From Candidatus Shapirobacteria bacterium (GTDB lineage Bacteria; Patescibacteriota; Microgenomatia; UBA12405), in contig JBAYIT010000002.1 of assembly GCA_041665485.1 (NCBI GenBank), positions 69,867-133,866 of the forward strand: DNA of 64,000 bases, given 5' to 3'. Under the pieces are notes generated by a model. It was not told where the DNA came from. It saw nothing but the letters and a program-made list of their open reading frames with translations, and made no database searches. This document shows positions 49,355 to 57,252 of the stretch, piece by piece (position 1 is the first letter of the stretch; every line of letters starts with the position of its first letter). Both the position numbers and the translations under genes were made by a program.

Positions 49355-50572
49355 ATGCCTTCTATTAGAAAAATAAAAAATATCTTTTGGCATTTACCCA
49401 AAGCCGTTGTTGCCAACATCATTTATCAGTTTCCCAGTCGCCACCTTAAATTAATTGCCGTTACTGGCACCGATGGCAAAACTACTACCGCCACCCTCAT
49501 TCACCATCTCTTAAAAAAATCAGGAATTAAAGTCGGGCTGATTACCACTGTCACCAGCCCGGGTTTACACACCACTTCTCCTGACTCGCTAATTGTCCAA
49601 AAAGTCTTATCTGACTATTTTCACCAGGGTTATAGTCATGTTATTCTCGAAGTTACTGCCCATGCTCTTGACCAATTTCGCTTCTGGGGTTGCCACTTTC
49701 AGGTTGGAGTTTTAACCAATATCACTCACGAACATCTCGACGAATTCAAAACCATGGAAAATTACACCGCCGTCAAAGCTAGTCTCTTTTCCTCCTGCCA
49801 AACCGCCATTCTCAATAAAGACGATCCGTCTTTTCCGCAAATAAAAGCAAAATTTCCAAAAAAAATCATTCCCTACAGTATTAAATCACCCTGTAAATAT
49901 CAGGCTAAAAATATCCATCTTACCTCAAATTCCATTACCTTTACCGCCAATAGGCTAAAGATAGTCACCGACAGCCCTTATCGTTATCAAATTTACAACA
50001 TTCTTCCAAGTCTTATAATCTCTGACCTTTTCAAACTAAAGCGGTCAAGTTTTCAAAAAAATATCGCCGTTTTTCCTCACATCTCCGGACGCAGACAAGA
50101 GGTCAACAATCGTTTTGGTTTCAAAACTATTGTTGATTTTGCCCACACCCCCAATGCTCTCAAAAACACTCTTGAATCTCTCAAGAAAAAAAGGGGGAGC
50201 AAAATAATTGTTATCTTTGGAGCCACCGGTGGCCGAGACCAATCCAAACGTCCGCTTATGGGCAAGGTCGTTTCTGAATTGTCTGATATTGCCATCATTA
50301 CCTCCGACGACACCAGAAGTGAAAACATCTCCGTCATTAATCGTCAAATAATCTCCGGAATCACAAAAAATAAGAAATTCAAATATTATCAAATCGAAAA
50401 CCGTCAAGAGGCTTTTAATTATGCTGTTAGTATTGCCAAAACCAACGACATCATTATCGCCTGTGGCAAAGGTCACGAACAAACCATTCTCCTCGGTAAT
50501 ATCGAATACCCCTGGTCTGAAACCGCCGCCTTTCAAACCGCCTTCAAACTAAGAAGTCAAAAACATGACTAA
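49355..50572 (+). CDS. murE: MurE-family UDP-MurNAc-dipeptide amino-acid ligase
   Basis: VTGTDGKTTT, TTSPD, LEV..HALDQ.R, TNITHEHLD, VDFAHTP.AL, FGA.G.RD..KRPLMG, GKGHE. The specificity motif reads DDTR. Confidence 0.92.
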   Translation: MPSIRKIKNIFWHLPKAVVANIIYQFPSRHLKLIAVTGTDGKTTTATLIHHLLKKSGIKVGLITTVTSPGLHTTSPDSLIVQKVLSDYFHQGYSHVILEVTAHALDQFRFWGCHFQVGVLTNITHEHLDEFKTMENYTAVKASLFSSCQTAILNKDDPSFPQIKAKFPKKIIPYSIKSPCKYQAKNIHLTSNSITFTANRLKIVTDSPYRYQIYNILPSLIISDLFKLKRSSFQKNIAVFPHISGRRQEVNNRFGFKTIVDFAHTPNALKNTLESLKKKRGSKIIVIFGATGGRDQSKRPLMGKVVSELSDIAIITSDDTRSENISVINRQIISGITKNKKFKYYQIENRQEAFNYAVSIAKTNDIIIACGKGHEQTILLGNIEYPWSETAAFQTAFKLRSQKHD

Positions 50573-51155
50573 ATATAATCTAAAACCATCCAGTCCAGAC
50601 CCTGCCACAAACTATGCTCTTGGTTTACTCCCTCAAAGAAACGTGGCCCACCTCTGGTATCAGGACACCAGTTGCCGATCTAATCTTTCAAAATTTAAGC
50701 TTTCCTCAGAAAACAAAAGAATAATAAAATTAACCGGCGATTTTGAATTCGAAAAAATACCTTTATTAAAATTTAACCTATCATCAAGTCTCCTAAACAC
50801 CATAAACACCTGGTCTGAGACCCTGGACTGGCAATTTCCCAAAAGCTCAATTAGAAATGTTTTTACTCACCACATCTTCAATTATCTTTACCTCTGGAAA
50901 AAAACAGGCAGTCAGAATGTTGTTGCCTATTCTGTCTGTTATTTTGATCAAAACATCTCTCATATCGCCTACGTTTTTTATCACCCCAGTCTGGCCCGAA
51001 CCAATCTTCCCATCAGGCTGACTCTTCAATCCATTATTGATAGTCAAAAATTGGGGCTAAAATATTGTTATCTTGGTCGTTTCAGTCATTACAAACGCAA
51101 CTTTCCCGGATTTGAACATTATCAAAATCAAATCTGGTCGGATTACCGCCACTAA
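50565..51155 (+). CDS. Bpt/ATE1-like aminoacyl-tRNA-dependent transferase (GNAT-type fold)
   Basis: R.NLSKFKLSSENKRI resembles the ATE_N end. YVFYHP..L....L..I...K.GLKYCYLG..YKRNF..FE...W resembles the ATE_C motif. Confidence 0.65.
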   Translation: MTKYNLKPSSPDPATNYALGLLPQRNVAHLWYQDTSCRSNLSKFKLSSENKRIIKLTGDFEFEKIPLLKFNLSSSLLNTINTWSETLDWQFPKSSIRNVFTHHIFNYLYLWKKTGSQNVVAYSVCYFDQNISHIAYVFYHPSLARTNLPIRLTLQSIIDSQKLGLKYCYLGRFSHYKRNFPGFEHYQNQIWSDYRH

Positions 51156-51159
51156 CAAC

Positions 51160-52461
51160 ATGAAAATACACATTTTAGGTATCGCCGGAACTAAAACAGC
51201 CCCCCTTGCCATTCTTTTGCAAAGAATGGGCCACCAAGTTAGTGGTTCTGATCAGCCACAAATTTTTCCCCCCATCAGTACCCTGCTTGCTAAAAACAAA
51301 ATCCCTATCAATTCCACTCCCATCACCAAAGAAATTGATCAGGTTATTGTCGGCAACTCTTTTAAATCATTCCAACTTTGTCAATCAGAATACCAACAGG
51401 CACAAAAGCTTAAAATCCCCACCATGTCTTACACCCAGTACCTAATTAGAAATCTTATTAAAAAACAATCAATACTTGTTGCCGGATCTTATGGTAAAAC
51501 AACTATCACTGGTTTATTATCGTTTGTTTTTCTTAAACTTAAACTTGACCCGTCGTATATGTTTGGTGGCCAAGCGGTAAATCATCTCGAATCAACCAGA
51601 TTCGGTCAGTCTGATTTTTCAATTATCGAAGCCTGTGAGTCTATAAACGGACTAGATACCCAGTCAACATTCCTATATTATCCAATTAAGTACGTCATAT
51701 TGACATCCGCCGATTGGGAACATAAAGATTCCTTTAAAACCGAACAAGAAAATTTAAAAGCATTTATTCAACTGGTTAGTAAAATCCCTAAAAATGGCCT
51801 ACTTGTCTATAACCCCAAAAGCAAATCAGCCTCATCAGTCGCCCAATACTCTTCGGCCAAAAAAGTACCGTACAACTACTCTTTAAACATAAACCCGATT
51901 ATTCCCGGAAAATATAACTTCGAAAACTCACTTGCAGTGGCTACTCTCTGCCAAGAATTAGGGTTGAATAAAATCGCATTCATCAAAGCCATTAATCAAT
52001 TCCGAGGAATTAAACGTCGATTAGAACCTATTTACCACCACAAAGACATATTGATATACGACGATTTCGCCCAATCTCCGGTAAGAATAAGCCAAGCGCT
52101 TCAAGCTATATCCGAAAAACATCCAAACTGTCCGATCAAAGTTTTTTTCGAACCTCATGCCTCCTTTCTTCAATACCAAGCCGGAATTAAAGGTCTTAAA
52201 GAATCTCTCCAAATAGCCACTGAAATTATTGTTTCGCCATTAAAATTTTCTGAAAGTGTCTCTAAATCAGACAGAGTAACTATTAAGGACTATCAAAAAA
52301 TTCTTGAAAAAAAAATGGAATACATTCCCGATTACCAATTGATTTCCCAACATTATCTTCAAACACTTCAAAAGGGGGATATCTTAATTCATTTTAGCTC
52401 CGGAGGCCTTAATGGCCTTACTTGCTTAAAAAAGATTGCTAAAAACTTAATTTCCCGATAA
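51160..52461 (+). CDS. Mpl/MurC-family ligase, closest in motifs to murein peptide ligase Mpl
   Basis: MKIHILGIAG, GHQVSGSD..IFPPISTLL (Mpl VYPPMSTLL), VIVGN, VAGSYGKTT, GIKRRLE, YDDFA, FEP. Start at ATG 51160. Confidence 0.8.
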   Translation: MKIHILGIAGTKTAPLAILLQRMGHQVSGSDQPQIFPPISTLLAKNKIPINSTPITKEIDQVIVGNSFKSFQLCQSEYQQAQKLKIPTMSYTQYLIRNLIKKQSILVAGSYGKTTITGLLSFVFLKLKLDPSYMFGGQAVNHLESTRFGQSDFSIIEACESINGLDTQSTFLYYPIKYVILTSADWEHKDSFKTEQENLKAFIQLVSKIPKNGLLVYNPKSKSASSVAQYSSAKKVPYNYSLNINPIIPGKYNFENSLAVATLCQELGLNKIAFIKAINQFRGIKRRLEPIYHHKDILIYDDFAQSPVRISQALQAISEKHPNCPIKVFFEPHASFLQYQAGIKGLKESLQIATEIIVSPLKFSESVSKSDRVTIKDYQKILEKKMEYIPDYQLISQHYLQTLQKGDILIHFSSGGLNGLTCLKKIAKNLISR

Positions 52462-52470
52462 CATTAACCA

Positions 52471-53505
52471 ATGACTCATCTTTTTCTCGGTCTGCTCCTC
52501 TTTTCTTTTTTAACCACCAGCATTCTCGTTGTCCCTTTCATAAATCTTCTCTACCGCCTTAAATTTCAACGTCAGAACCAAAAAACAGTTGACTTCCAGA
52601 ATAAAAAAACTGAAATATTTGATAAGTTTCACTCTCAAAAACAGGGGACTCCTGTCGGTGGTGGCCTCCTCATTATTCTTTCCGTCTGCCTTCTTTTCAT
52701 TATTCTTCTTCCTATTCTAAAATTTGCTCGTATTTTTATCTCCTCTAACTACCAAATGGAGAGTGAACTGGGCATAATTTTCTTCTCTTTCATTAGTTTT
52801 GCTCTTCTCGGCCTATATGATGATGTTCACAAGTTTTTCGGCTTCCAAAAAACAGGCTTTTTTGGATTGAAGATGCGCCAAAAGCTACTTCTCCAAATTT
52901 TTTTGGCCACCGTTATTTCTTGTCTAATTTACTTCCAACTAGGAATTAACTTTATTTACATCCCCTTTGCTGGAGCTGTTAGTCTTGGTCTGTTTTTTAT
53001 TCCCATAAGCAGTGTTATTATCGTTGCCTTCGCCAACTTCTTCAATATTACTGACGGGCTTGACGGCCTTTCCTGCGGGCTTTTAATGATTTCTCTTTTT
53101 GCTTTTTGGTTTCTTAGTAGCAACTCTCTGGATACTCCAATTTCTCTCTTTCTTAGTCTGTGGCTGGGAGCATTAATTGCCTTCCTGTATTTCAATGTCT
53201 TTCCCGCCCGCATCTGGCTGGGCGACGTCGGCTCTCTCTCCTTTGGAGCCACCTTTGCCGTCATCGCCATTCTTCTCGGAAAAATTGTCCCTCTTATTAT
53301 TGTTGGCTCACCCTTCATTATTGAAGGCCTTTCCAGTGCTATCCAGATTATTAGTAAGAAATATTTTAATCGAAAAATATTCCCTGCCGCTCCCATCCAC
53401 CTCACCCTCCAACATTTTGGTTGGGAAGAGCCAAAAATCGTTCTTCGTGCTTGGCTTGCCGGTATTATTCTCGCTATCTTTGGCCTATGGCTCGGACTAA
53501 ACTAG
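52471..53505 (+). CDS. mraY: Phospho-N-acetylmuramoyl-pentapeptide transferase
   Basis: K.GTP.GGG, GLYDD, N.TDGLDGL, FN.FPARIWLGDVGSL, APIH..L...GW.E. Confidence 0.96.
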   Translation: MTHLFLGLLLFSFLTTSILVVPFINLLYRLKFQRQNQKTVDFQNKKTEIFDKFHSQKQGTPVGGGLLIILSVCLLFIILLPILKFARIFISSNYQMESELGIIFFSFISFALLGLYDDVHKFFGFQKTGFFGLKMRQKLLLQIFLATVISCLIYFQLGINFIYIPFAGAVSLGLFFIPISSVIIVAFANFFNITDGLDGLSCGLLMISLFAFWFLSSNSLDTPISLFLSLWLGALIAFLYFNVFPARIWLGDVGSLSFGATFAVIAILLGKIVPLIIVGSPFIIEGLSSAIQIISKKYFNRKIFPAAPIHLTLQHFGWEEPKIVLRAWLAGIILAIFGLWLGLN

Positions 53506-54194
53506 AAAAATTACTAACAGAAGAGGTCAATCATTATTTAGGAATTCCGTATGCTAAAAACTACTGGAAAAACAACCTCTTAATTAAAGAGGCTATTCTT
53601 GGTGGCAAAGGAACCTGGCCGGAAATTGACTACGCCACCACTTGCGCCGGAGAAAAATACCAAGTTGACATCACCTCTCTATCACCCAAAGAACTCTATA
53701 ATTTTCAAAAAAAACACAAGATCGGCATCGATTGCTCCGGTCTCGTCTACCACCTACTCGATTTCATCGATAAAAATATTGGCGCAAATGGCATTCTATT
53801 TAAAGTTGTCAGTGTTAATCCTAATCATGGCAAATATGGCGTTAGGTCACTATCAGCCGACAGCCTCACCAATTCTATAAATTCTTACCCCATCACCAAT
53901 TATTCTCATGTTCAGCTCGGAGATTTAATTCGCCATCATCAAGGCAAGCACACTCTCCTTATTACCGGCCAAAAGAACAACCGCCTCAACTATGTTCACA
54001 GTAGTCTCACCACTTTAGTTTCCGGAGTTCACACCGGCTATATCAAAATAATTGACCCTCAAAAACCACTTTTTTACCAAGATTGGACCGATGTCACTAA
54101 AAACCACCAAAAATATCAGGAACTTTCTGACTCCAAAGCCGGGGACGGCATATATCGCCTTAATTGCTGGAAAAATATTACTTTTCCTCTATAA
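53487..54194 (+). CDS. NlpC/P60-superfamily cysteine hydrolase/acyltransferase, no signal peptide
   Basis: LGIPY..GG, GIDCSGLV (catalytic Cys), GDLI, KHTLLI (His), YVHSS. Start at ATG 53487 overlaps the mraY end. Confidence 0.82.
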   Translation: MARTKLEKLLTEEVNHYLGIPYAKNYWKNNLLIKEAILGGKGTWPEIDYATTCAGEKYQVDITSLSPKELYNFQKKHKIGIDCSGLVYHLLDFIDKNIGANGILFKVVSVNPNHGKYGVRSLSADSLTNSINSYPITNYSHVQLGDLIRHHQGKHTLLITGQKNNRLNYVHSSLTTLVSGVHTGYIKIIDPQKPLFYQDWTDVTKNHQKYQELSDSKAGDGIYRLNCWKNITFPL

Positions 54195-54345
54195 GTTCTC
54201 GATATTTAGATGGGTCTAAAGATAATATCTCTACTTCCGTTCCACATTCTTGGCACTCTAAAATGTCGCCAACTTCCAGCAATCCTTCTGTTTTTTTAAT
54301 CTCCATTCCGCAATCTGGGCAAATAATTTTTTTGTTTTGGTCCAT
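54178..54345 (-). CDS. LysW-like zinc-ribbon (amino-group carrier-type) protein, 55 aa; absent from the ORF track
   Basis: Manual translation: MDQNKKIICPDCGMEIKKTEGLLEVGDILECQECGTEVEILSLDPSKYRELIEEK. It matches the LysW pattern CPxCG..GE/D...CxxCG.ELEV..LDP but ends EEK rather than EDWGE. Confidence 0.85.
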   Translation of the reverse strand: MDQNKKIICPDCGMEIKKTEGLLEVGDILECQECGTEVEILSLDPSKYRELIEEK

Positions 54346-54378
54346 ATAGAGTAAAATAAAATCTAACTAACCTATTAT

Positions 54379-55167
54379 ATGACACCTTTAATCAAATTCG
54401 AAAACATCTACTTTAAGAGGGAAGATCAAAACCCTACCGGGTCGGCCAAAGATCGAAGCCTTCCACTGCAACTAAAAAATCTTCTTGCTAAAAACTATCA
54501 ATCAGCTGTCATCTCATCTTCTGGTAACGCCGCCATCTCTGCTATCTTTTATTGTCGAAAACTAAATATTCCTCTCAAAGTCTTTCTTTCTCCACAAACT
54601 GATCCTTACAAATTAAAATTAATTCTCTCTCAACATCAGGATGTCACCCTTACTCCATCTCCCAATAGTCTGGCTTTTAAATACGCCAAAACTAACCATT
54701 CATATCTCCTGCGTCAATCAACCGACCCTGTTGCCCAAATCGGTTACTCCACTATTGCCACCGAAATAGTTTCCAAGCTCCCTCTTGTTTCCAGCATCTT
54801 TATACCTGTTGGCTCCGGAACCACTCTCCTTGGCGTCTCCAAAAATTTACCCCAAAACGTAAAAATATTCGCCGTAGAACCGGCCTCTCGCTACGGCCAA
54901 GAATCAGAAACTATCACCGACGCACTATCTGTCAAACTAACCCCTCTTAAATCAGAAGTCGCCGAAGCTATTAAAAAACATCACGGGTCAAATATCATCG
55001 TAAGAAACCAAGCCGTTTTAGATAATCTAAAAAAACTCCATCAACATCAAATAAACACTTCTCCCGAAGGCGCTCTTGCTTTAACAGGCTATTATCAAGC
55101 CAAAACAAAATTTGAAGTTGGAGACTACCCCGTTATTTTATTAACTGGCATTAATCGCCAAATATGA
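54379..55167 (+). CDS. Fold-type II PLP-dependent enzyme (threonine synthase/cysteine synthase-like)
   Basis: TPL, KREDQNPTGSAKDR (PLP Lys), SSSGNAA, PVGSGTTLLG, SPEGA, VILLTG. Confidence 0.9.
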   Translation: MTPLIKFENIYFKREDQNPTGSAKDRSLPLQLKNLLAKNYQSAVISSSGNAAISAIFYCRKLNIPLKVFLSPQTDPYKLKLILSQHQDVTLTPSPNSLAFKYAKTNHSYLLRQSTDPVAQIGYSTIATEIVSKLPLVSSIFIPVGSGTTLLGVSKNLPQNVKIFAVEPASRYGQESETITDALSVKLTPLKSEVAEAIKKHHGSNIIVRNQAVLDNLKKLHQHQINTSPEGALALTGYYQAKTKFEVGDYPVILLTGINRQI

Positions 55168-56213
55168 AAAAACTAATCCAACTAATTATCAACTCTGGCT
55201 ACACTATCATTTATCCTCAGGTCGACGAATTCCTCGGAATTGATTTCCCCCAACTTAATTGCTTTCATTCTCTCAAAAATGAATCAAAAACAGTAAAAAA
55301 TACTGGCCAATTTCTTAAATCAAACCTGAAATTCATAAGTCAGGAATTTAAACCGCCAATCGCCATCATGCCTTTCAAACCATCAGCCAAAACCGAAAAA
55401 ATTTGCCAAAAGCAAAATTGGCTGGTTCTAAGCAATCCCGCCAAATTAAATCGTCTACTGGAAGACAAAATAAAATTCAGCCAACTTTGCCACCAACACA
55501 AACTCCCCACCATCCCCCATCTTGTCGCTCCACTCGATCAAGAAAATTTTCTTTTGGCTCAAAAAAAATTTGGCCCGAAACTCGTTCTTCAAACTCACTT
55601 CGGCTGGGCCGGCAATAGCACCTTTTATTTTGAAAGTTATCAGGAAATCGCCAATAAAATTTCCCCAAACACCCTTTGTAAGTTTTCACCCTACCTGGAG
55701 GGCTACACTCTCATTAACAACTGCTGTCAAACAAAATTTGGTCTAATTCAAAGCCCAGTTGGCCGTCAACTTACCGGCCTTAAAGAATATACCCAAAACC
55801 CTTTTGCCACTGTTGGACGTCAGTGGCCCTCTCTTGCTCCTCAATCTGTTATCAATCAGGTGGTTGAGGTTACTAAACTACTATCCGACAAATTGCTAAA
55901 AAAATACGATTATCGTGGTTTTTTCGGAATAGATTTTTTTGTCCACCAAAACCGAGTTATGATTCTTGAAATTAATCCCCGATTAACCGCCTCATTTGGT
56001 TTCTACACTAAACTCGAAACGGATAACAATATCACCCCTCTTTTCCTCTTTCACTTAGCCGAATTTCTTAACCTTGATTATCAGGTCGATTTTGATCGAG
56101 AACAGTCAAGAACTGACTCCTCTTTAATTGTTGGCACCGAAATAACTCCCAAAGACAAGTTCGGTAAAACCATTGCCCAATACCACCAGACTTCCCCTAT
56201 TATCAAGGATTAG
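55164..56213 (+). CDS. ATP-grasp ligase
   Basis: LEDK..F, VLQ...GWAG..T, YLEG, YRGFFGIDF, ILEINPR. Confidence 0.88.
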   Translation: MKKLIQLIINSGYTIIYPQVDEFLGIDFPQLNCFHSLKNESKTVKNTGQFLKSNLKFISQEFKPPIAIMPFKPSAKTEKICQKQNWLVLSNPAKLNRLLEDKIKFSQLCHQHKLPTIPHLVAPLDQENFLLAQKKFGPKLVLQTHFGWAGNSTFYFESYQEIANKISPNTLCKFSPYLEGYTLINNCCQTKFGLIQSPVGRQLTGLKEYTQNPFATVGRQWPSLAPQSVINQVVEVTKLLSDKLLKKYDYRGFFGIDFFVHQNRVMILEINPRLTASFGFYTKLETDNNITPLFLFHLAEFLNLDYQVDFDREQSRTDSSLIVGTEITPKDKFGKTIAQYHQTSPIIKD

Positions 56214-57252
56214 CCCGCTAATTTGGCTACCAATAAGTATTACCATAATTGGCTTATTCTTTATTTCTCTTGCCAGCCCGTCAGAAGCCAAAAGTTTTGG
56301 TAGTCCAACCTATTTTCTGGAACGACAATTTATTTGGGCAATCGTTGCCTTCCTTCTCTATTTTATTGCCACCAAAATTCCTGTTAATTTACTTTTTCGC
56401 CACTCTATTTGGCTTTACTTAATCTCTATTGTCGGACTAATAATCGTTCTTATTCCTCAACTCGGCCATCAAGCTCTTGGAGCCAGCCGTTGGTTCCGAT
56501 TCGGCCAAATTGGCATTCAACCAACCGAAATTTTCAAACTAACTGGAATCATTGTTTTTAGCCAAATATTTTCTCAAGCCAAATATCAGTCACTCAAATA
56601 TCTTTTATATTTTCTCTGTCCGCCACTACTTCTCATTCTCCTCGAACCAAACTTTAGTGCCGTTGTTCTCATTTGTGCTATTACTATCTCCATCTATTAC
56701 CTTTCCGGAGCTAGTCTCAACGATTTAGTCATCCTTAGCCTTATCGGCCTTGCCTCTGGTTGCATCCTTGTTGTCACTTCACCCTATAGGTTAGCCAGAT
56801 TCAACAGTCTAACTTCACCCGACAGCCAAAAAAGCTACCATTCTCAACAACTAATCATCAGCCTCTCTGCCGGAGGCTGGTTTGGTAAAGGTCTAACTAA
56901 CTCTAATCAAAAATTTCAATTCCTTCCCAAAATTTCTACCGACTCAATTATGGCTGTTATTGCTGAAGAAACGGGCATTGTCGGTATTGTTGCCATCTTC
57001 TACCTCTATCTAACTTTAATCGGCCATCTCTTTAAATTATCAAAAAAAGTTATTGCCCCATATTCTCTTTTCGTCGCCGGCATCGCCTGTTGGCTTGCTT
57101 TCCAGGCTTTGGTTAATGCCGCTGCTGTTTCTTCTCTGGTTCCTTTAACCGGTGTCCCTCTGCCTTTAATTTCCTACGGCGGATCTTCACTTGTTAGTCT
57201 AATAGTTGCCTTTGGACTAGCAAAAAATATAGAATCAAAATATGCCAAATAA
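56173..57252 (+). CDS. ftsW: SEDS peptidoglycan polymerase FtsW
   Basis: GASRW, IQPTE..K, LEPNF, GGWFGKG..NS.QK..LP...TD.I.AVIAEE.G, PLTGVPLPLISYGGSSL. Start uncertain. Confidence 0.93.
   Translation: MPNTTRLPLLSRISPLIWLPISITIIGLFFISLASPSEAKSFGSPTYFLERQFIWAIVAFLLYFIATKIPVNLLFRHSIWLYLISIVGLIIVLIPQLGHQALGASRWFRFGQIGIQPTEIFKLTGIIVFSQIFSQAKYQSLKYLLYFLCPPLLLILLEPNFSAVVLICAITISIYYLSGASLNDLVILSLIGLASGCILVVTSPYRLARFNSLTSPDSQKSYHSQQLIISLSAGGWFGKGLTNSNQKFQFLPKISTDSIMAVIAEETGIVGIVAIFYLYLTLIGHLFKLSKKVIAPYSLFVAGIACWLAFQALVNAAAVSSLVPLTGVPLPLISYGGSSLVSLIVAFGLAKNIESKYAK

Noticed and set aside
54164-54349. Track ORF 54164..54349 (+), 61 aa
   Set aside because: It is an antisense shadow of the LysW-like minus-strand ORF, which has clear family motifs.
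54379-55167. Calling the PLP enzyme thrC
   Set aside because: The motifs fit the family, but the protein is short and lacks pathway context, so the reaction cannot be assigned.
55164-56213. Calling the ATP-grasp gene ddl or lysX/rimK
   Set aside because: It lacks the Ddl motifs and the RimK/LysX KP..GSWG, DIR and EVN patterns, so it is left unassigned.
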